Below are positions 58,710 to 64,000 of a DNA stretch of 64,000 nt, one piece after another. The DNA comes from a virus: the IMG/VR virus record IMGVR_UViG_3300022562_000520, positions 36,294-100,293 of that record. One strand, given 5' to 3'. Within the stretch, counting starts at the first letter, position 1. Each line of letters begins with the position of its first letter. The notes beneath the pieces were generated by a model, which was not told the DNA's origin, made no database searches, and was given only the letters and a program-made list of their open reading frames with translations. Position numbers and translations under genes: made by a program.

Positions 58710-59198
58710 ATGGCACATCAAGGTACTACAGATAGAACACCAGATGGCCGCATGAAAGTTTATGCGACATCAAAACCACACGATACATCAACGTATTTTA
58801 CGGGCGCTGGTGATAATGTTGGTATAGGTGACGGTGAACGATTGTTGTTTCATTTAACAGCATTAGATGCGTATAAATCCGTTGATATAACTTTTATTTC
58901 AGATATATGGATTAAAGATGGTTTTATGATAGTTGATAATGCACCATTTGGTGCATATCTTAATATCGAGGTTGTAATGCCTGGCTCGCCAGAAATAATT
59001 CTTGGTTCATTTGGATATAGTGTTCCAATTTTTGGTTCAGGGTGGTTTCCCATGAATACAGAAGATTGTGCTTTAATCCCAGCTGGTATAATCATGCGTA
59101 TAACAGTTTATAATTCGGATGATACAGATCCAGCACAAGATGCGCCAGCAGAATTTCGTGTAGCAGGTAGATTGGAAATGTTTAGGACCGATACTTAA
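58710..59198 (+). CDS. Probable virion protein
   Basis: 162-aa beta-rich ORF in the cassette; one GSP motif. Confidence 0.6.
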   Translation: MAHQGTTDRTPDGRMKVYATSKPHDTSTYFTGAGDNVGIGDGERLLFHLTALDAYKSVDITFISDIWIKDGFMIVDNAPFGAYLNIEVVMPGSPEIILGSFGYSVPIFGSGWFPMNTEDCALIPAGIIMRITVYNSDDTDPAQDAPAEFRVAGRLEMFRTDT

Positions 59199-59575
59199 TG
59201 TCAAAGAAATCCAACGTTACACCAGGATTGGCACCTACCACACAAATGCAAGATTATAAAGATATTCACGAGGCAATATCTACGTATTTTGGTGGAATTA
59301 ATGCTAGTTCAGTAAATATGTTGCGTAAGGAAGTAACATCATCTGGCAATTTAAGTATAATATTTGTCCTTAAGAAAAATGGACCTAATGTTGTTTCTAA
59401 ATTGGCTGCTAATGAAGATATAATACCATTGAAAAATTTAATTGAATCTATTATTGGAACATCAGTTGAAGTTAAAATAAATGTACACAAATATTTTTTC
59501 TTTATCGGTAGAATTGATCCACCCATAAAGAAAAAATATATAGGTAATGACCAAATAGAAATAATATTTTTATAA
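59198..59575 (+). CDS. Hypothetical protein
   Basis: TAATG overlap; 125 aa. Confidence 0.55.
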   Translation: MSKKSNVTPGLAPTTQMQDYKDIHEAISTYFGGINASSVNMLRKEVTSSGNLSIIFVLKKNGPNVVSKLAANEDIIPLKNLIESIIGTSVEVKINVHKYFFFIGRIDPPIKKKYIGNDQIEIIFL

Positions 59576-59586
59576 AGGAGAAAAAA

Positions 59587-59994
59587 ATGTCAAGTTTTGG
59601 GAAAAGTAGTGCAGATAAATTGGCAACATGTCATCCAGATTTACAACGATTATTTAATGAAGTAGTCAAACATTATGATTGTACTATTCTTCAGGGTGAA
59701 CGCACCAAGGAAGAACAAGATGAATTCTTCCGCACCGGCCGTAGCAAAGTTCAATATCCCAATAGTAAGCACAATTCTCACCCTTCCATGGCGGTAGATG
59801 TAGCTCCATATTTTAAGGAAGCACCACATATCCGTTGGGAAGATAAGGAAAAATTTTATCACTTTGCGGGATATGTACAGGGTGTCGCCGATCAACTCGG
59901 TATAAAGATTAGATTCGGCGGAAATTGGGATATGGATGATGAACTTCATGATCAAACATTTATGGATTTACCACACTATGAATTAATTGAATAA
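59587..59994 (+). CDS. Endolysin, M15-family L-alanyl-D-glutamate peptidase
   Basis: CHPDLQRL, GERTKEEQ, SKH...AVD, RFGGNW and DLPHYEL. Confidence 0.92.
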   Translation: MSSFGKSSADKLATCHPDLQRLFNEVVKHYDCTILQGERTKEEQDEFFRTGRSKVQYPNSKHNSHPSMAVDVAPYFKEAPHIRWEDKEKFYHFAGYVQGVADQLGIKIRFGGNWDMDDELHDQTFMDLPHYELIE

Positions 59995-60428
59995 TGAAAG
60001 AATGTAGAATTTGTAAAGAAATAAAATCTTATTCTGAATTTTATAAACACAATAAAAGAAAAGATGGCTATAGAAGTGAGTGTAAGATTTGTCATAAATT
60101 GGAAGTTGCCAACTGGCAAACCAGAAATCGTGACAAATGTAATGGATATATTAAGAAATGGAAACAAACCGAAAACGGTAAAATTTCATTAAAAAGATAT
60201 AAAAGAAAAAGAAGACAAGTACATAAAAACGCTACACCCCTATGGGCAAATAATACAAAAATAGATAAGATTTATAAAGTGGCTAAAGCTCGTGGTTTAG
60301 TAGTAGATCATGTGGTTCCATTAAATAGTACAATTGTATGTGGATTACATTGTGAAGATAACCTTCAACCAATATCGTGGGATGAAAACCTTCGAAAAAA
60401 CAACAGGTATTGGCCAAATATGCCTTAA
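59994..60428 (+). mobile_element. HNH homing endonuclease with N-terminal zinc finger
   Basis: CRIC...CKIC, ATPLWA, VDHVVPL...VCGLHCEDNLQ...ENLRKNN. Confidence 0.88.
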
Positions 60429-60509
60429 AATCACAATTGATTGAATTCAATTTGTAAATCTACCCTCTGATAAATACAATAAATCTATTGTTTTATACAG
60501 GGGAAATCC

Positions 60510-63080
60510 ATGAAAATAAGCTTCCGCCAAGGTATAGTCAGTCATCAAACTGGCGCTTTTTTGCAGTTATCTGGCAATTCAGTAAATATTTTAGCGCAAA
60601 ACCGCCCAGTTGTAATTACGCTCGCGCATAAGAATACAAATTATACCTATTCCGAAGATCAGTCTGTTGTTGCTGCATGGACAGTACCACTTACTGCGAC
60701 ACGCTATTGGTTATATTGGGATTTTAATAAATTAACTTTCCAGCGTACATTTGGATATACTACTCTCGAACCCGTTGCACAATCCGCTGTTCCCGGCTCT
60801 GGAAACGCCGTTATACTAGGTGTCACTCCAGGTACTGCTGGTGTTGGTAGTTTCCTTGTAAACAAATATTATAATCTTGCTATTGGAAGAACATTTGCTG
60901 TTATCAATTCTACAGGGAATGATGGAACTTATACTGTTAAGTCTATCGATTATAATACATCTACTGGTAAGACTACAATCGGTGTTGAAGAAAATGTAGC
61001 ATCATCTGTTGTAGATGGTGAAGCAACGCTTGATATAGATTCACAGGGAATTCCACTTTATACAACAGGTCGTCATTGGTTCAATACGATAACAAATGAA
61101 CACTTTGTATTAAGCGGTAGTTCATGGCTACCAGTATTGCGTGTATTTTCCGCACTTTTATATAATGGTACAACACTTATTAGTATGAGTCAAAATGCAC
61201 CATCTAGTAATTTTATCGGTACCCAAATCGGTAATAACAATACAGTATCTGCTGGCCGCGTTTTATTTGATGAAGCATCACAACCTGTCCGTAGAGATGA
61301 TGGAACATTTTTTACAACTGAAGATCAATTTTTCGCAAATCAATCACAAGTTAATGCGATTCGTTTAGAATCGAATGTTATTCGTGCACAGTGTGTTCCT
61401 TCCGCACTATCCAAGTTTTCCGTTGTTGCATGGAAAGCAGACGGTAAGATATCCGACGCTAAGTATGATGATGTAGAAAATACTATTGTTGGTATTTTAA
61501 CGGAAGATTTAGTTAGTTATCAAATCGGCGCGGTGGTAGTACAAGGTTCTATAACTAATCCTGATTGGGATTGGCTTTCTGAAACTACAATAGGTGGAAA
61601 ATTATGGGTTAAAAATGGGCAACTTGTTTCCGTAGATCCTCATGAATCTGATCCAATAAATTATCCATATATTCGCGTTCCTATTGCGCGAGTATTAAGT
61701 ACTGATACTGTTATTTTTGAACAAGGTCTTGGTGGTGTTGGACCACCTGGACCATCTGGTGCCGCAGGTGGTATTATACCAGCAACAACTACAGATCTTG
61801 GCGGATGTACACTTGTAACACCATCTACTAACCCACTTCGTTCTTATGTTATAAGTGACACCGATCCTAGATTGACAGATGCTCGAACACCATTATCACA
61901 TACACATCAAGCATCAAGTATCACATTTCAACCAGATGGTGGCGTAGTAGCGACAGACATTCAAGCGGCCATAGCAGAATTAGGTAATGGAAAATTAAAT
62001 AAGAGCGGTGGTACGATGACTGGTGCATTAATATTATCCGCCGATCCTACTATATCACTACATCCAGCCACTAAACAATATGTAGATAATTTAGTTATAG
62101 GTCTTACATGGATTGATCCTATTAAACACGTTAACTTAATATCAAATACTCTTACAACCCCACCGGGAACACCATATTTTTCTGACATATACATTCCAGC
62201 AACAGGCTCAACGGGTGCTTGGTCTGGCTTAGATGGACACGTATTACAATATGATGGTTCCTCATGGATAGACCTTGGTTTACTTTCTGCATATTCTACA
62301 GGTTCTAGATTTGGTATAGCCATGGAAACAACATCAACACCATCTGGTAGCTTTTCAGGAAAAGCAGATTACATTGCTGTGTTGGATAATCCAGCAACAG
62401 CATCGTGGTCATTTATAGCCCCAGTAAATAATACTGCGGTATATGTTAATAATGCTACTTCTTTACATGCCTATCATCAATACGTTTATAATAATATTCA
62501 ATGGGTAGAATTTAGTGGTACACAATCGTTGGGTGCCTCTAGCATTAAAGATCTTGGCGACGTATATTCTTCCATGGTACCTACCAATGGACAAGTATTA
62601 ACGTATAATACAACAAATGGCTGGCAATCAGAAACGTTTGTCATAGATATTGTCAATGATACAACTCCTCAATTGGGTGGTAATTTAGATCTTAATGGTA
62701 ATAGTATTCTTTGTGCTGATAATATAGTAGAAAGACCATTAATTAAAGACTATGCTATTAGTCATTCAACGTTATCAAGCACCGCAGGTGCTGTTACTAT
62801 TGATTGTTCAGTAAGTAACTCTTTTGCTATAACATTAACTGAAAATATTACTAGTATATCTATCGTAAATCCACCAGCTAGTGGTAGATATGGTCAACTT
62901 CGTATTCGTATTACTCAAGGCGCAGGTGCATATACAGTTACATGGCCAGCTTCGGTAAAATGGCCAGGCGCAACTGCTCCAGTAATATCAATAGCAGCAG
63001 GCGCAATTGATTTGATAATATTAGAAACTGATGACGCGGGTACTAACTACTTTGGTAACTTTAATCAAGGATATGCATAA
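60510..63080 (+). CDS. Tail fibre / baseplate-attached structural protein
   Basis: MKISFRQGI start, GPPGPSG, DPRLTDARTP, SGGTMTGAL, ATKQYVD, DTTPQLGGNLDLNG and C-terminal TWPASVKWPG module. Confidence 0.8.
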   Translation: MKISFRQGIVSHQTGAFLQLSGNSVNILAQNRPVVITLAHKNTNYTYSEDQSVVAAWTVPLTATRYWLYWDFNKLTFQRTFGYTTLEPVAQSAVPGSGNAVILGVTPGTAGVGSFLVNKYYNLAIGRTFAVINSTGNDGTYTVKSIDYNTSTGKTTIGVEENVASSVVDGEATLDIDSQGIPLYTTGRHWFNTITNEHFVLSGSSWLPVLRVFSALLYNGTTLISMSQNAPSSNFIGTQIGNNNTVSAGRVLFDEASQPVRRDDGTFFTTEDQFFANQSQVNAIRLESNVIRAQCVPSALSKFSVVAWKADGKISDAKYDDVENTIVGILTEDLVSYQIGAVVVQGSITNPDWDWLSETTIGGKLWVKNGQLVSVDPHESDPINYPYIRVPIARVLSTDTVIFEQGLGGVGPPGPSGAAGGIIPATTTDLGGCTLVTPSTNPLRSYVISDTDPRLTDARTPLSHTHQASSITFQPDGGVVATDIQAAIAELGNGKLNKSGGTMTGALILSADPTISLHPATKQYVDNLVIGLTWIDPIKHVNLISNTLTTPPGTPYFSDIYIPATGSTGAWSGLDGHVLQYDGSSWIDLGLLSAYSTGSRFGIAMETTSTPSGSFSGKADYIAVLDNPATASWSFIAPVNNTAVYVNNATSLHAYHQYVYNNIQWVEFSGTQSLGASSIKDLGDVYSSMVPTNGQVLTYNTTNGWQSETFVIDIVNDTTPQLGGNLDLNGNSILCADNIVERPLIKDYAISHSTLSSTAGAVTIDCSVSNSFAITLTENITSISIVNPPASGRYGQLRIRITQGAGAYTVTWPASVKWPGATAPVISIAAGAIDLIILETDDAGTNYFGNFNQGYA

Positions 63081-64000
63081 TGCTAATTGGTCGTGGAATT
63101 TTTGTCGGCCAGGCGGCTGATTTATATCCTCCTACCGTTACATTGACTTCTCCGGTTGATGGAGCCGCATATATAGAAAATTCTTTAATAGATTATATTG
63201 CAACAGCTTCAGATGCTCAAGGACTTGTAAATAGTGTTGAATTTTTCTACAATACGTCAAATTCACTTGGAATAAGTTATCGTGATTATTCTACAAGTTT
63301 ATTAGATAGATTAAATCCACTTGTTTATTATAAGATGGGTGAAACATCAGGAACTACAATTGCTGATAGTTCTGGAAATGGAAATAATGGTGTTATAAGT
63401 GGAACATATACCTTAAACCAAACAAAATTAGTTCAGAATACAGATGACACAGCTATCCGTCTTGCTTCTCCTGCACAAAATAGTGACGCATCTATTACAG
63501 GTCCAGCATTAGGAGCAATAACATTTCCTATAACTTTAGAAGCATGGTGGGAACCAATCTCAGCAACAACACCTTCAAGCAATCAGACGGCTATTGTTAC
63601 AACTCATTATGTTGAAAACCTTCATATAGGATTTACTCTTAAAGCATTAAGTGATGGTACTAATTATAGATTTGAAGCATGGATGGGTAATGGCGGTGCT
63701 GTTGCTAGTACCAATGCCAAGGCGTATTTTACGGATTATGACTATGGTGTAGGTACTAAGTACCATATTGTTGCGGTATTTGTAGATTTTGCAACCGTTG
63801 AAATTTATGTTAATGGTCAAAAAATATCAAATCTGACACCATTTGGATCGGCATCATCTGTTTCAACAGCTAGTGGAGTTTGTAAAGTTGGTGCATTCGA
63901 TCAAAATGTAGCAAGTAATAATACTATCTATGGATATGGTATCTATGATGAAGTTGTAATTTATAATCAACAATTAACACAAGAAGATATTCTCGAAAAT
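63080..64000 (+). CDS. Ig-like plus LamG/concanavalin-domain virion protein, truncated at the right edge
   Basis: Read by hand from the TAATG overlap: MLIGRG...PPTVTLTSP...ATASDAQG..NSVEFF, then YYKMGETSGTTIADSSGNGNNG, TLEAW, YHIVAV, IYVNG, DEVVIYN. Confidence 0.85.
   Translation, partial: MLIGRGIFVGQAADLYPPTVTLTSPVDGAAYIENSLIDYIATASDAQGLVNSVEFFYNTSNSLGISYRDYSTSLLDRLNPLVYYKMGETSGTTIADSSGNGNNGVISGTYTLNQTKLVQNTDDTAIRLASPAQNSDASITGPALGAITFPITLEAWWEPISATTPSSNQTAIVTTHYVENLHIGFTLKALSDGTNYRFEAWMGNGGAVASTNAKAYFTDYDYGVGTKYHIVAVFVDFATVEIYVNGQKISNLTPFGSASSVSTASGVCKVGAFDQNVASNNTIYGYGIYDEVVIYNQQLTQEDILEN

Noticed and set aside
1-64000. Stop-codon reassignment, as in some jumbo phages
   Set aside because: Core genes are full length under the standard code and TGA serves as a stop in several. 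No fragmented genes were seen.
1-64000. tRNA or rRNA genes
   Set aside because: No cloverleaf with a canonical T-loop was noticed in the intergenic regions by eye; tRNAscan-SE would confirm.

Overview
An AT-rich (roughly one-third GC by eye) 64-kb piece of a large T4-superfamily (jumbo-type) myovirus genome, translated with the standard bacterial code. From left to right it holds: a minus-strand baseplate module (giant wedge protein running off the left edge, gp6-, gp25-, gp5-, gp27-, gp53- and gp48-like genes); a late-sigma/recombination block (gp55, gp47, gp46, GIY-YIG homing endonuclease, RuvC-like resolvase, DinG-type helicase); gp26/gp51 chaperones and tape measure; the head module (portal, core proteins, protease, scaffold, major capsid); neck, sheath, tube and terminases; then a fibre/appendage cassette, an M15 endolysin and an HNH endonuclease. 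All family assignments come from motifs and gene order, with no database search. Most notable observations: (1) the tripeptide Gly-Ser-Pro occurs about 28 times in nine virion proteins, with varied codons and often as loop insertions relative to paralogous sequence, which suggests a virion-wide modification sequon; (2) an inverted, divergent copy of the major capsid gene and a protein with a tail-sheath-like segment share a C-terminal F-x-x-[AT]-M tag with a third protein, which suggests structural-protein decoys; (3) a kinase and a GNAT acetyltransferase carry capsid-targeting-like N-termini and appear to be made from leaderless late mRNAs; (4) a ~300-nt structured non-coding element; (5) a candidate -1 frameshift joining gp26 and gp51.
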